This document shows, piece after piece, positions 10,155-20,429 of a stretch of 64,000 bases of DNA. Origin of the DNA: an uncultured Acidobacteriota bacterium (lineage in GTDB: Bacteria > Acidobacteriota > Vicinamibacteria > Vicinamibacterales > UBA8438); NCBI GenBank assembly GCA_913043225.1, contig CAJWLU010000006.1, forward strand, positions 64,001 to 128,000, in the 5' to 3' direction. Position numbers and translations under genes: made by a program. The notes beneath the pieces were generated by a model. The model saw only the letters and a list, made by a program, of their open reading frames with translations. It was not told where the DNA came from and made no database searches. Positions within the stretch are counted from its first letter, which is position 1, and the number at the start of each line of letters is the position of its first letter.

Positions 10155-10940
10155 GTGAGCACAGACCCGCACCGCCCACACGACGCGTACTCCCGCGTGA
10201 ACTACCGCCGTCTGTTTGCCTGGGAGCAGCGCATTACTCGCGAGGCGCCGCTCTTGCTAAGGCTGCTAGAGCAGGCACCAGACCGCTCGGTCCTGGACCT
10301 GGGCTGCGGCACTGGGGAGCATGTGGCGTTCTTTGCGGAGCAGGGAGCGCGTGCTGTGGGTCTCGATCTCTCGGACTCGATGATCTCGGTGGCACGTGGC
10401 TACGAGGAGGCGGGAAAGGGCCGCTTCGTGTTGGGCGACGCGACGGAAGCGCAGGCCCTGCTTGTCGACGATCCACCGTTTGGACTGGCGATTTGCCTGG
10501 GCAACATGTTGCCGCACCTCGAGGACGCGGATCTGGGCCGGTTCCTGCAGGCCACGCGGGCAAAGCTACTGCCTGGGGGCACAGTGATGATCCAGTTGCT
10601 CAACTATGAGCCGGTGCTCGACGGTGGGCGACGGGCGCTCCCGGTAAACGTCCGCTCGGGTGACGACGGCAAGGAGATCGTGTTCGTGCGGGTGATGTCG
10701 AGGGGCGCGCCGGGTCGCGTACTGTTCTTCCCCTCGACGTTGGAGCTCGACCCTAAAGCGAAAGAGCCGCTCAGTGTGAGGTCGAGTAGACGGCTTGACC
10801 TTCGCGCCTGGACGAGGGATGACCTCGAGCCGGTACTAGACGAAGTTGGCTTCGACGCTAGCTTCGCCGGTGAGATAACGGGCGCGGAATTCGAGCCGAA
10901 CCGTTCTGCGGACCTGGTCGTGATGGCTCGGCGTCGTTGA
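10155..10940 (+). CDS. Class I SAM-dependent methyltransferase
   Basis: VLDLGCGTG motif I, VGLDLS motif, CLGNMLPHL (glycine/sarcosine N-methyltransferase-like). Confidence 0.88.
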   Translation: MSTDPHRPHDAYSRVNYRRLFAWEQRITREAPLLLRLLEQAPDRSVLDLGCGTGEHVAFFAEQGARAVGLDLSDSMISVARGYEEAGKGRFVLGDATEAQALLVDDPPFGLAICLGNMLPHLEDADLGRFLQATRAKLLPGGTVMIQLLNYEPVLDGGRRALPVNVRSGDDGKEIVFVRVMSRGAPGRVLFFPSTLELDPKAKEPLSVRSSRRLDLRAWTRDDLEPVLDEVGFDASFAGEITGAEFEPNRSADLVVMARRR

Positions 10941-10944
10941 GAGA

Positions 10945-12678
10945 TCAGTTCGCGGCGAGGCAGTCACCGCCGTTGACCGGCTGCCAGCGGGGCCTGCCGA
11001 ACTCGTCCGCGTGCAGGCGGCCACCCCGGGCTCGCAGCCAGTCGGCAGTTGCATCGCGCACCAGTGGCGCGGCTGAGAGGGTTTCCGCAGGTCCCGACAG
11101 GGTGCCGACACCCACCCGCCGACCGAAGAAATCCGTCGCGGCCACCGTCAGACGTGCGTCCGGGTGAATGGGCTCACCAGAAACGTGTGCCAGTGTTATG
11201 TCCGCGCCGTCCGGCGCACACGTCACCCGCACCAGCATCCCGGCCACGCTCGGAATACCGCTCCAAGAACGAGCCACCGAGAGTGCCAGGAGACCAGCGA
11301 GGTCGCGGCCGGTCAAAGATAAGGTCACCACGCGGTTGTCGAACGGGAACGCGTCGTAGAGGAGTCCCTGGGTGAGGGGGCCAGCGGGGAGACTGGCGCG
11401 CAGACCGCCACGACGGACCCCCAGTCCGACAGCCACATCGGCATCTGGCACGGCCGAGAGGAGCGCCTCGGCAAAGAGGTTGCCCAGCGGCGATTCGAAA
11501 CCGTCAGTACGCCGGTCAAGTGGTGTGACCAGGGTCACACCCACCGGTGCGGTTCGCCACGTATTCACCCTGTCGAGCTGTGGCCGCATTGCCGCAGCCA
11601 CGTTGGGATCGGGCTGGAGGAGCTCACCCTCATAGGTTGAGCGCGCGACTCCTGCGGTTGCGCAGGCGCCCTGGCTGTCGACGAAGGCGCAGACCCCCTG
11701 GGGGGCAAAGATGTGGCTCTCGACTACGCCGGTTCCGGGCTGCACGAGTAAGTCGAGTCGTGCGAATGCGGCGCCACGCTGGAACGCTTGGACGATCGGG
11801 ATGCCGGCCACTTCGTGACCGACCCCGGCATGCGTGTGTCCGGCTACGATGCCATCCACGAGGCCTGGAGGGAGCTGTCGCGCAAGGGTGAAGACCTCGG
11901 AATCGTCGCCACACGAAGTGAGATTTTGAGGATCGTCGAATCGCTCGCACCAACCGCCGGCATGGGAGAGTACGAGAACAATATCGGCGCCGCGTTCTCG
12001 AAGACGCCGTGCCTCGGCCTCCACCGCAGGGAGTAGCGGACGCGTGCTGAGCCCCTGCACGTTGGCCTGGATCGTCTGGCGAAGCCCGCCGTAAGTCATC
12101 ACCCCGATGATGCCGATCTGAATGCCAGCGGTTTCAATCAGGGTCGAAGGCTGAACATTCGGCCAGGACACAGGTATGCCAGTGGCGTTGTCGATCACAT
12201 TCGCCGCCAGGAAGGGGAAGCGGGCGCGGGCGGCAGCCGCTTTGAGGGCGCCCCGCATGTCTGTCGCTGCCGGACCGCTCGCGCCGTCGAGCGCGCCGTA
12301 CTCGAAGTCGTGGTTTCCGACAGCGAGCGCGTGATAGCCCAGTGCGTTGTAGGCGTCGATGACGAGCGCACCTTCCGACAGGTTGGACTCGATCCCGCCC
12401 TGGAACGTGTCTCCGGCGTCGAGAAGTAGCACGGCGCCGCCGTCTTTGGCTCGAGCCGCGCGGAGATTGCGTAGGTATCCACCCAGGAGGGCGAGGCCGC
12501 CTCGACCATTCGCCGAGAAGACGCGTCCGTGCAGGTCGGTGGTGCCAACGATGGAAAGAACGACCGCGCTGGGTGGTTGCGCAGGTTGAGCGTTAGCCGA
12601 GGCCTGGGCGCAAGCCCAGACCGCGAGCATAGAGAATAGGGCGCAACGGCCACCGGAGGTCCCGGCCCTCCGAGGCAT
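10945..12678 (-). CDS. Bifunctional metallophosphatase/5'-nucleotidase, exported
   Basis: TTDLHG, LDAGDTFQG, GNHDFEYG, FPFLAAN, LSHAG, AGHTH motifs; C-terminal ESPLGN...PFDN. Confidence 0.92.
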   Translation of the reverse strand: MPRRAGTSGGRCALFSMLAVWACAQASANAQPAQPPSAVVLSIVGTTDLHGRVFSANGRGGLALLGGYLRNLRAARAKDGGAVLLLDAGDTFQGGIESNLSEGALVIDAYNALGYHALAVGNHDFEYGALDGASGPAATDMRGALKAAAARARFPFLAANVIDNATGIPVSWPNVQPSTLIETAGIQIGIIGVMTYGGLRQTIQANVQGLSTRPLLPAVEAEARRLRERGADIVLVLSHAGGWCERFDDPQNLTSCGDDSEVFTLARQLPPGLVDGIVAGHTHAGVGHEVAGIPIVQAFQRGAAFARLDLLVQPGTGVVESHIFAPQGVCAFVDSQGACATAGVARSTYEGELLQPDPNVAAAMRPQLDRVNTWRTAPVGVTLVTPLDRRTDGFESPLGNLFAEALLSAVPDADVAVGLGVRRGGLRASLPAGPLTQGLLYDAFPFDNRVVTLSLTGRDLAGLLALSVARSWSGIPSVAGMLVRVTCAPDGADITLAHVSGEPIHPDARLTVAATDFFGRRVGVGTLSGPAETLSAAPLVRDATADWLRARGGRLHADEFGRPRWQPVNGGDCLAAN

Positions 12679-12759
12679 TGGTCCTACCAGGCGACGATAG
12701 AGCAGGCCCCGGGCAGCTTCTTGAGCCAGGCGCGAGGAATCATCGATAGCATGGGCCTC

Positions 12760-13623
12760 CTAGGCGAGCGCCTCCTCGAAGATCGCGAGCATTCGGGCCC
12801 AGGCCTGCTCGGCCAGCGCCTCGTCGTAGACACGGGAGTCGGGCGGACACCAGCCGTGCAGTGCGTCATAGACCTCGATTTCGGCTGGCACGCTGGCCGA
12901 GGCGAATGCGTCGCGCAGTACGTCCTTGGCCTCGGGCTCGTTCTCATCGTCGTTCGAGGCAATCGCGATCAGCAGATGTGCCTCCATCTGTGGGATCAGC
13001 AGGTGGGGGCTGTCCTCGCCATCGGTCACGAGACCGCCTCCGTGGAAGGACGCGCCAGCCCCGACCCGGTCAGGCAGCGTGGCGGCGGTGCGCATGACAA
13101 ACGGGCCGCCCATGCAATAGCCCATCGTGCCCATCTTGCGGTTCGAGTCGACCGAGGTCTGCTCGTCGAGCCATCCGACGAAGGCTCTGGCGTCGGTTAC
13201 CTGGGTGTCTGGGTTTAGCGTGCCCATCAGTGGGCGGATAATGCCGCTGACTTCCGAGAAGTCGTTGGAACTAACTATGGGCGCTCGCTGCGACCGATAG
13301 TACTGGTTGACCACGAGCACGGAATAGCCCGATTCCGCGAGCCGTTTGGCCATCTGGCGTTTCGCCGGTCGGAGACCGAAGGCGTCGGGCCAAATCAGCA
13401 CGCCCGGATGGGTCCCGCTTGCGGGATGCACAAAGTAGCTGTCGGCCACTCCGTCAGGGGTCGTGATGTCGATCTCATGCTCGGTGACCGCTTGGGCGTT
13501 GGCCGGGCTTGGAAGCAAGGCGGCGAGCCCGGCGACTGCCGATGCCGCGCCAAACTGTCGTCGTGTGATCCGCTGTCCGCTGAGAAAGTCCGCGTTTGCC
13601 GATTCGGTTCGTTCGTCACACAT
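12760..13623 (-). CDS. Dienelactone hydrolase family protein with Tat-type signal
   Basis: TRRQFG twin-arginine motif; WPDAFGLR, GYCMGG nucleophile, SFHGG, HGW. Confidence 0.9.
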   Translation of the reverse strand: MCDERTESANADFLSGQRITRRQFGAASAVAGLAALLPSPANAQAVTEHEIDITTPDGVADSYFVHPASGTHPGVLIWPDAFGLRPAKRQMAKRLAESGYSVLVVNQYYRSQRAPIVSSNDFSEVSGIIRPLMGTLNPDTQVTDARAFVGWLDEQTSVDSNRKMGTMGYCMGGPFVMRTAATLPDRVGAGASFHGGGLVTDGEDSPHLLIPQMEAHLLIAIASNDDENEPEAKDVLRDAFASASVPAEIEVYDALHGWCPPDSRVYDEALAEQAWARMLAIFEEALA

Positions 13624-13673
13624 CAGGGACCTCCGAGTGAGCCACTGGATTACTGCGAGGCCTCCATCTTATG

Positions 13674-14384
13674 TCAGTCGGCCGGAGGGTGGGGTGCACG
13701 CTGATAGCGGAGCGCATTTCCCTCCTTTCCGCAGATGGTAAGGGCGCCGCCCTCGCGCAGGACGTAGGCTAGTTTCTGCGCCAGCCGGCGGGGCTGGGCG
13801 AGTGCCTCTCCTAGCTCGGCCGTTGTGAACTGCTCCGGAAGCGGAGAGCGGAGGAGTCCGAATAGGTCGTGGAGTGCACGGAAGCGGTGCCGGCTAACAA
13901 TGCGGGTTAGCTCTCGCGATTCGACCCGCCAGCCGCCTCGACGCCGAGTCCGCTTCGGATCGTATCTCCGGAGTTCGTCTAGTTCGACCATCACGACCTC
14001 GATCTCGAAATTGGGGTGAGCGAGCAGGTCGGGAATGTAGACGAGTTCTGAGGCGACGAGAGCTGGGTGACCGTGTTTGGGGGATCTGCGACAGGTGGGG
14101 GGACTGACCCCGTCCATCGAGAGCTTCACGATCCGGTAACGTGCCGCGATCGGATGCACGAGGACGACGCGGTGTTGCTGGAGGAGCGCCCGCAGTTTTC
14201 GACGGATGGCGCTAAAGCCGGCCGTCTGGATTTCATACAGGACGCCGTCCGTGCCTCGGACGTCTGCCACGAAGTCGCCAGCGGGCACCTCGATCGCGCT
14301 ATCGCCCGACCGCCCATACTGGTGTAAATACTCAAGCTTGAGTGCTTCGTGTAGCGGTCCCTCGTTCAGCGTTCCGATGGGCAT
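13674..14384 (-). CDS. Conserved hypothetical protein, putative PD-(D/E)XK nuclease-like fold with C-terminal winged helix
   Basis: IGTLNEGPLHEALK N-terminus, FVADV...LYEIQT core, FTTAELGEAL...LAQKLAYVL...GKEGNAL.Y tail. Confidence 0.6.
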   Translation of the reverse strand: MPIGTLNEGPLHEALKLEYLHQYGRSGDSAIEVPAGDFVADVRGTDGVLYEIQTAGFSAIRRKLRALLQQHRVVLVHPIAARYRIVKLSMDGVSPPTCRRSPKHGHPALVASELVYIPDLLAHPNFEIEVVMVELDELRRYDPKRTRRRGGWRVESRELTRIVSRHRFRALHDLFGLLRSPLPEQFTTAELGEALAQPRRLAQKLAYVLREGGALTICGKEGNALRYQRAPHPPAD

Positions 14385-14715
14385 GCTGCGACCTTCAATA
14401 ACGCCTCAGGTGCTGCTATGTGAGTCGACTGCCGCTCGCCACTCGCACGGTTCGGAGTCAAAGCGAGACGCGATCTCACCGATCTGGCCGCTATAGTAGC
14501 GGGAAGGTGAGCCTCTCAGGATGGCAGGAGAAGGGAGACCTCTGGGTTGTTTCGAGCTGCCAAACCTGCTCTGCAAGCGCGGTCTCGCGGTTGCCGGCTG
14601 GAACTCAGCCACAGTGAGATTGTCGCATGGTGGCCCGGATACCGCTTGTCAGGGGGCGAGGGGACGTCTAGTGTGGGGCATACAGGAATCAGCTCGGTCC
14701 GGAAGGAGCCTGAAG

Positions 14716-15705
14716 ATGCGTCAGCGAAGTCTTGCCGCAGTGTTCGTCCTGAGTGCGATCGTGACACCGATGCTGATGTCGGCGCAGGACGCCGGGGGTG
14801 TACCGATGCGGACCGTGGACGGACATCCTGACATTTCCGGGATGTTTACCTTTCGGACCCTGACGCCGTTCGAGCGTCCGGCGCAATTCGAGGGGCTAGA
14901 AACTTTAGGTGTCGAAGAAGCCGCTGCGTTCGAAGCATCGGAACGGACTCGTCAGAACCGCGACCTATTCGATCCGGAGAGGGGCGCTCGCACCGCCGGG
15001 TACGCGCCACGGTCGGAAGGCGGGGTGCTCTCCTATAACGAGTTCTGGTACGAGCGCGGGGTCGAGTTAACGTCGGACAAGCGGACGTCGCTCATCGTTG
15101 ACCCGCCGGACGGGCGGCGCCCTCCGAGGACTGCGGCCGGGCAGGCGGCGTTGGCTCGCCGCCGTGCGCACACCGAGGTCCACCGCTACGACTCGTATGA
15201 AAACCGTACGATGTCCGACCGGTGCCTCGGCACGTCGCTGGCGGGCCCCCCGATGCGATCGGGCGCCTACAACAACAACGCGATGATCTTCCAGACGGCT
15301 GACTATGTAGTCATCCAGAACGAGATGGCGAATCAGTCGCGCATCATCCCACTCGACGATCGGGTGAGGCCCCCATTTGCTCAGCTGAAGGGTCTGTCTC
15401 GCGGGCGGTGGGAAGGGGAGACTCTGGTTGTCGAGACGACGAACTTTCGGGCAGATAGTTCGGTGACTGGCCAGAACTTGCACTTGGTCGAGCGGTTGAC
15501 CCGGCTCGACGCTGACACCGTGACCTACGAATACACCGTGACCGACCCCACGGTGTTTACGGCGCCCTATACCGTCATGATGCCGCTTCGACGGACCGAC
15601 GGTCCGATCTTCGAATACGCCTGCCACGAGGGGAATATTGGGATGTACGGCATTCTGGCCGGAGCGCGTAATCTAGAGCGGCTTGGCCGCGAATTGCGCC
15701 CTTAA
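14716..15705 (+). CDS. Uncharacterised exported protein, YACHEGN family (copy 1)
   Basis: Signal peptide; GHPDISG, TPFERP, YNEFW, RTSLIVDPPDGR, DRC, YNNN, WEGETLVVETTNF, FEYACHEGN. Confidence 0.85.
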   Translation: MRQRSLAAVFVLSAIVTPMLMSAQDAGGVPMRTVDGHPDISGMFTFRTLTPFERPAQFEGLETLGVEEAAAFEASERTRQNRDLFDPERGARTAGYAPRSEGGVLSYNEFWYERGVELTSDKRTSLIVDPPDGRRPPRTAAGQAALARRRAHTEVHRYDSYENRTMSDRCLGTSLAGPPMRSGAYNNNAMIFQTADYVVIQNEMANQSRIIPLDDRVRPPFAQLKGLSRGRWEGETLVVETTNFRADSSVTGQNLHLVERLTRLDADTVTYEYTVTDPTVFTAPYTVMMPLRRTDGPIFEYACHEGNIGMYGILAGARNLERLGRELRP

Positions 15706-15752
15706 AGTCGAATTCAAATCGTAAGCTCCGTCGCTATCGCAAGGAGAAGTAG

Positions 15753-17816
15753 ATGCTGCCTCGTTCCCGCTACGTCGTCTTGGCCACATTGCTCGCGCTT
15801 GGTCTGGCCGGGGGCGTCGGCCTCCGGTCACAAGGGCCAACCGGCGGGTATCCCCGCAGCGACTGGCCTTTGGCCGGCGGAGACCGGTCGAGCACTCGGT
15901 ATTCGGCCCTCACCGAGATCTCCACCGAGACGATCGAGCGTCTCGGAGGTGCCTGGGTGACGCGGTTTGAGGGGGGCGCGTCTTCACGTGCGACTCCGGT
16001 TGTTCAGGACGGCGTGCTGTACCTCACTGGCGGCGCGAACGTGTACGCGCTCGATGCGAGGAATGGCGACCAGATCTGGCGCTGGCAGGCCCAGGACGGC
16101 AGCGGCATGGTGCCGTCGTGGCAGGGCGTCGGCTTGAGCGATGACCTGGTCTTCGTAGGGCTGCGGAGTGGCGAGGTGATGGCCCTTCGTAGGGATACGG
16201 GGGAGCAGGTCTGGAACGAACGGGTCGGTAGTGATCCGCATCAGGATGGCGAAGCTGTGACGTCGGCCCCGATGTATGCCCTGGGGCGAGTGTTCGTTGG
16301 GTTGGCCAACGGAGACACTGGGGGGCAGGGTCGGATCATTGCGCTCGACGCCGAAACTGGTCAGACCCAGTGGACGTTCTTCATCGTTCCGCGCCCAGGC
16401 GAGTTCGGGCACGAGACCTGGCCGCAAGACTCGGACTCGTGGGAACTGGGTGGCGGTGGCGTGTGGCTGTTGGGTACCGTCGATCCGGAGCTGGGTCTGG
16501 TCTATTTCTCCACTGGTAACCCGGCCCCGATGTTCGGGGGTGAGATCCGCGAGGGCGACAACCTCTTTACCGCGTCGGTGCTGGCGTTGGACGTGGAGAC
16601 GGGCGAACGGCGGTGGCATTACCAGGTGGTACGGCATGATGTCTGGGACGCAGACATCGCAACCCCGTTGCTGCTCTACGACCACGACACCGGGACCGGC
16701 GCACCGCGCAAGGCCGTGGCCGCCATGCGTGCCGATGGGATCCTGTTTCTTTTCGATCGAGAGACCGGGGAGCCGTTGATCGAGATCGAGGAGCGCGAAG
16801 TCCCACAGGACGAGTACCAGAAGACGGCGCCAACCCAGCCGTTTCCGGTGGGCGTTGAGAGTATTCTTCCCGACTGTTCGTACTGGCGCGACCGAGTGCC
16901 ACCGCCCTTCGAACTCAGCTGCAGCAGCTACACCCCGCCGATGGTGAACGAACACACTATCGTGGCGCCGAATGTGCCTATTCCGCGGGTGCGGGTTACC
17001 CCGATGTCATTCAGTCCGCAGACCGGCTACATCTATGCTCAAGGCCGGGCCGTGGTCGGGCGCGCACGCCGGTTCGAAGATCCATTCCACTGGCGGCTCG
17101 ACGACAACGAACTAACCCTGCCGGATCCGGTCGGGGTGCTGGCGGCGGTCGACACGCGCACCCAGGAAATTGTCTGGAAGCACGAAATGCCGGCGTCGTG
17201 GCTGGGCACGAGTGGTCCGCTGACCACGGCAGGAGGGTTGATGTTCAGAGCCTCGGCCGGCGGACAGGTGGAGGCCTACGATGCTGCGAGTGGCGATCGG
17301 CTCTGGACCTTCCGGACGAGCCCGGAAGGGGCTATCGTGCGGCCGGGTCCGGCGAGCACCTATGAGGTCGACGACACGCAGTATCTGTTGATTCCGATGG
17401 GCGCTGAGCTGTGGGCGTTCGCGCTCGATGGCGAGATTCAGGCAAGGGGCGAGCCGATACTGGATCCGTTCAACGGATATGAGCGGGCGCAGCCGCAGCC
17501 CACCCGGACCCGGCGGATCGAAACCGCGACGCTGGTCGAGGGAGTGCGAGGGATGGTGGGCGGCACCCGCTATGGTTTCGACGAGCACCGGTTTAACCCA
17601 GTGCGCGCGCTTGTAACCCAGGGCACCCGCGTCCAGTTCATCAACAACGGCGAAGAGGCGCACACCATCGCGGCGCGGGACGGGAGCTGGTCGACCGATG
17701 CCATCGAGAGCGCCGAGTGGGGCTATGCCACCTTCGACGAGGTAGGGACCTTCCTGTATCACTGCGCCGACCACCCGTGGGCGATTGGGCAGATCACGGT
17801 CGAGGCCGCAGAGTAG
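15753..17816 (+). CDS. PQQ-dependent dehydrogenase fused to a C-terminal cupredoxin domain
   Basis: AAGGAG RBS; signal peptide; PQQ propeller motifs (DWPLAGG, ATPVVQDGVLY, DPELGLVY, DNLFTASV, HDVWDAD); C-terminal FNP...HTIAARDGSW...YHCADHPWAIGQITV. Confidence 0.9.
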   Translation: MLPRSRYVVLATLLALGLAGGVGLRSQGPTGGYPRSDWPLAGGDRSSTRYSALTEISTETIERLGGAWVTRFEGGASSRATPVVQDGVLYLTGGANVYALDARNGDQIWRWQAQDGSGMVPSWQGVGLSDDLVFVGLRSGEVMALRRDTGEQVWNERVGSDPHQDGEAVTSAPMYALGRVFVGLANGDTGGQGRIIALDAETGQTQWTFFIVPRPGEFGHETWPQDSDSWELGGGGVWLLGTVDPELGLVYFSTGNPAPMFGGEIREGDNLFTASVLALDVETGERRWHYQVVRHDVWDADIATPLLLYDHDTGTGAPRKAVAAMRADGILFLFDRETGEPLIEIEEREVPQDEYQKTAPTQPFPVGVESILPDCSYWRDRVPPPFELSCSSYTPPMVNEHTIVAPNVPIPRVRVTPMSFSPQTGYIYAQGRAVVGRARRFEDPFHWRLDDNELTLPDPVGVLAAVDTRTQEIVWKHEMPASWLGTSGPLTTAGGLMFRASAGGQVEAYDAASGDRLWTFRTSPEGAIVRPGPASTYEVDDTQYLLIPMGAELWAFALDGEIQARGEPILDPFNGYERAQPQPTRTRRIETATLVEGVRGMVGGTRYGFDEHRFNPVRALVTQGTRVQFINNGEEAHTIAARDGSWSTDAIESAEWGYATFDEVGTFLYHCADHPWAIGQITVEAAE

Positions 17817-17830
17817 TTGCGGCGCGGGGG

Positions 17831-18463
17831 CTACCCGGTGTCGACCGAGACGCCCGTGTAGAACGCAGTGGTGCGGGAAGTGGCCGCCTGCGCCTCGGTG
17901 GCGTCGGTGCCAAAGGCGAGGGAGGCTCGCCCCCATCCCTCACTCGACCGAGCAATCAGTGCCTGGCCTTAGGGCGAGGCACTGAAGGCGTCCTCGTCGA
18001 GTCGCTCCTCACCGGCAAGATGACGGGACAGGCCGAGGAGCGCCAGCTCCCAGCCGACGCCGAGTGCGCCAGGTCCGTACTCGCTCCAGTGCGAAGAGGG
18101 TCGTGACGCGTGCGTGAGCGTCAGACGAGAGCCGGGCAAGTAATCGTCCAGGACGAGCTCGACCCAGCTGACGTCGTCCCCAAATTCCCAGGTCAGACCG
18201 AGTCGGGCCGACGGCTCGCACGAGACGATGTCGCCGCCGGCATTGCCCTCGAGCTGATAGCGGCCTCCCAGCGTCAGGGCACCCCGCACTGGGAGAAACC
18301 ACTGGGCAATGCGGTCGGGCGTCGTCAGCACTTTCCAGAGCCTCTGCCGAGAGACCGGGAAGGTGCGGGTCAGGGTGACGTTGAGGGTCTGCTCGCCATG
18401 GCGGTGGCCGGAGGCCACGCGGCGGTCCACCGAGGCTTGGGGGTGAGCAGGGTTAAATCTCAT
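17831..18463 (-). pseudogene. SRPBCC/AHSA1-like family protein interrupted by an in-frame TAA
   Basis: LWKVLTTPDRIAQWFLPV.G.L..GGRYQLEGNAGG; reading through TAA at 17969-17971 gives GQALIARSSEGWG...RTTAFYTG, the usual tail of this subfamily, ending at TAG 17831-17833. Confidence 0.8.
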
Positions 18464-18528
18464 CCGGTGAGTATAGCCAGCGCGGCGTATAATCGGCCCC
18501 GATCTAAGCAGGCTAAGGTGGGGAAGCG

Positions 18529-20427
18529 ATGAAGCACAGTGCGGTCAGCATCATGCGGCATTTCCTGGCGGGTGTCGTACTCGTGACCCTCGCTGTATCA
18601 ACGGTGTTGGCTCAGGACGACTGGCGGCATTGGGGGCGGGATTTGGGTAATCAACGGCATTCGCCGTTGACTCAGATCGACGCCGATAACGTCGATCAGC
18701 TTGAGCTAGCTTGGCGCTACGAGATGCCGCGGCCCGGCACGCCATCGCGGCCGGCGCAGTCGACACCGTTGATGGTCGACGGGGTCTTGTATCTCTCGTT
18801 CCCCTACTACCGGGTGGTCGCGGTGGTGCCAGAAACGGGCCAAGAACTGTGGGACTACACCGCGCCCGGACAGTGGGACTCGGCCGAGCACCAGCAGCAC
18901 TGGACCGGAGGATCGATGCGGGGTCTGGCCTACTGGGATGGGCAGAATGGTATTGCGCCGCAGATAGTGTTCGGAACCGAGGAAGGGGAGCTGATCTCAC
19001 TGAACGCCGCCACTGGTATTCCCGGCGCCCACTTCGGGAACGACGGCTATGTAGATCTGAAGACCGAGGACGTCATGAACGGCTTTCCGAATATGCACTA
19101 CGGGATCGGTTCGGGCGTAGCCATCTACAAGCACCTGGTCTTCACCCCGGTTCACAACGCCGACGAGACCGGCTCGAAGGGGCCAGCCGGCGACGTGCGC
19201 GCCTGGGATCTTCGGACTGGCGAACTGGTGTGGACGTTCCACACCGTGCCGCACCCCGGAGAGTTCGGCAACGACACCTGGCTGGATGGTTCGTGGGAGC
19301 GCGTCAGCGGAGCGAACACGTGGAGCTTCTTTACTATCGACGAGGAGCGCGGCATTCTCTATATGCCTCTGGGGTCGGCGCTTAACGATTTCTATGGCAT
19401 GGATCGGCCCGGCGACAACCTGTTCGCGAACTCCATCGTGGCAGTCGATGCGATGACAGGTGAACGGCTGTGGCACTTCCAGGCCGTCCACCATGACCTG
19501 TGGGATCTCGACATGCCGGTGCCGCCGATCCTGTTCGATGTCGAACGGGATGGCGAGGCCATTCCTGCGGTCGGCGTGATGACGAAGTTTCCGGTGCTCT
19601 TCATCTTCAACCGAGTGACCGGCGAGCCAATCTACGAGATTGAGGAGCGTCCCGTCCCGGCGGGTAACATGCAGGGAGAGTATTACTCGCCGACCCAGCC
19701 CTTCCCGGTGAAGCCTCCGGTCTTCGGGCGGATCGATTTCACGATGGACGACATCGCCACGGTCACCCCGGAGCACACCGCGGCGTGCCGCGAGCGACTG
19801 ATGGCGTATGACGGTGGACGTAATCGGGGAGCCTACACGCCGCCATCGCTCGAGGGCGCGCTGGTGTTTCCGTCGACGGGCGGAGGAACCGAGTTTACCG
19901 GTGGGACGTTTGATCCGGAACTGGGCTACTACATCATCAATTATGCCGACACCGGCCACATCAGCACGCTGGAGCCGGTGGGTGTGAACTCGGATCGGCG
20001 AGGGTACGTGGGCCCGCCTGAGTCACGTCGGCGGTACTGGCACATCGTTGACCGGTTGAGCGTCGACGGCTGGCCCTGCTGGCAGCCACCCTGGTCGCAA
20101 CTGGTGGCCGTCGATGTCAACAGCGGTGAGATCGCCTGGAAAATTCCGTTTGGTACCGTTGAGGGGGCGCCGCCCGGACTGCTCACTGGGGCTCCGAACT
20201 CCCAGAAGGGCGGCCCCACGTCGACCGCCGCAGGGATTTTCTTCATCGGCGGCGCCTCGGACCGGATGTTTCGCGCCTATGAAACCAAGACCGGGCGCGA
20301 GTTGTGGAGTGTCGAGACCGAGCAGATGATCAGCGGGTCGAATCCGATTGTCTACATGGGGGAGGACGGCAAGCAGTATGTGGCCGTGGCTGCGGGCACG
20401 ACATTGTTGGCCTATGCCCTGCCGTGA
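18529..20427 (+). CDS. PQQ-dependent dehydrogenase, glucose/quinate dehydrogenase-like, exported
   Basis: Signal peptide; DWRHWGRD, SPL.QI...NV..L..AW, QSTPLMVDGVLY, GDVRAWD.RTG, DNLFANS, HHDLWDLD, PPWSQLVAVD, GGPTSTAAG. Confidence 0.92.
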   Translation: MKHSAVSIMRHFLAGVVLVTLAVSTVLAQDDWRHWGRDLGNQRHSPLTQIDADNVDQLELAWRYEMPRPGTPSRPAQSTPLMVDGVLYLSFPYYRVVAVVPETGQELWDYTAPGQWDSAEHQQHWTGGSMRGLAYWDGQNGIAPQIVFGTEEGELISLNAATGIPGAHFGNDGYVDLKTEDVMNGFPNMHYGIGSGVAIYKHLVFTPVHNADETGSKGPAGDVRAWDLRTGELVWTFHTVPHPGEFGNDTWLDGSWERVSGANTWSFFTIDEERGILYMPLGSALNDFYGMDRPGDNLFANSIVAVDAMTGERLWHFQAVHHDLWDLDMPVPPILFDVERDGEAIPAVGVMTKFPVLFIFNRVTGEPIYEIEERPVPAGNMQGEYYSPTQPFPVKPPVFGRIDFTMDDIATVTPEHTAACRERLMAYDGGRNRGAYTPPSLEGALVFPSTGGGTEFTGGTFDPELGYYIINYADTGHISTLEPVGVNSDRRGYVGPPESRRRYWHIVDRLSVDGWPCWQPPWSQLVAVDVNSGEIAWKIPFGTVEGAPPGLLTGAPNSQKGGPTSTAAGIFFIGGASDRMFRAYETKTGRELWSVETEQMISGSNPIVYMGEDGKQYVAVAAGTTLLAYALP

Positions 20428-20429
20428 GG

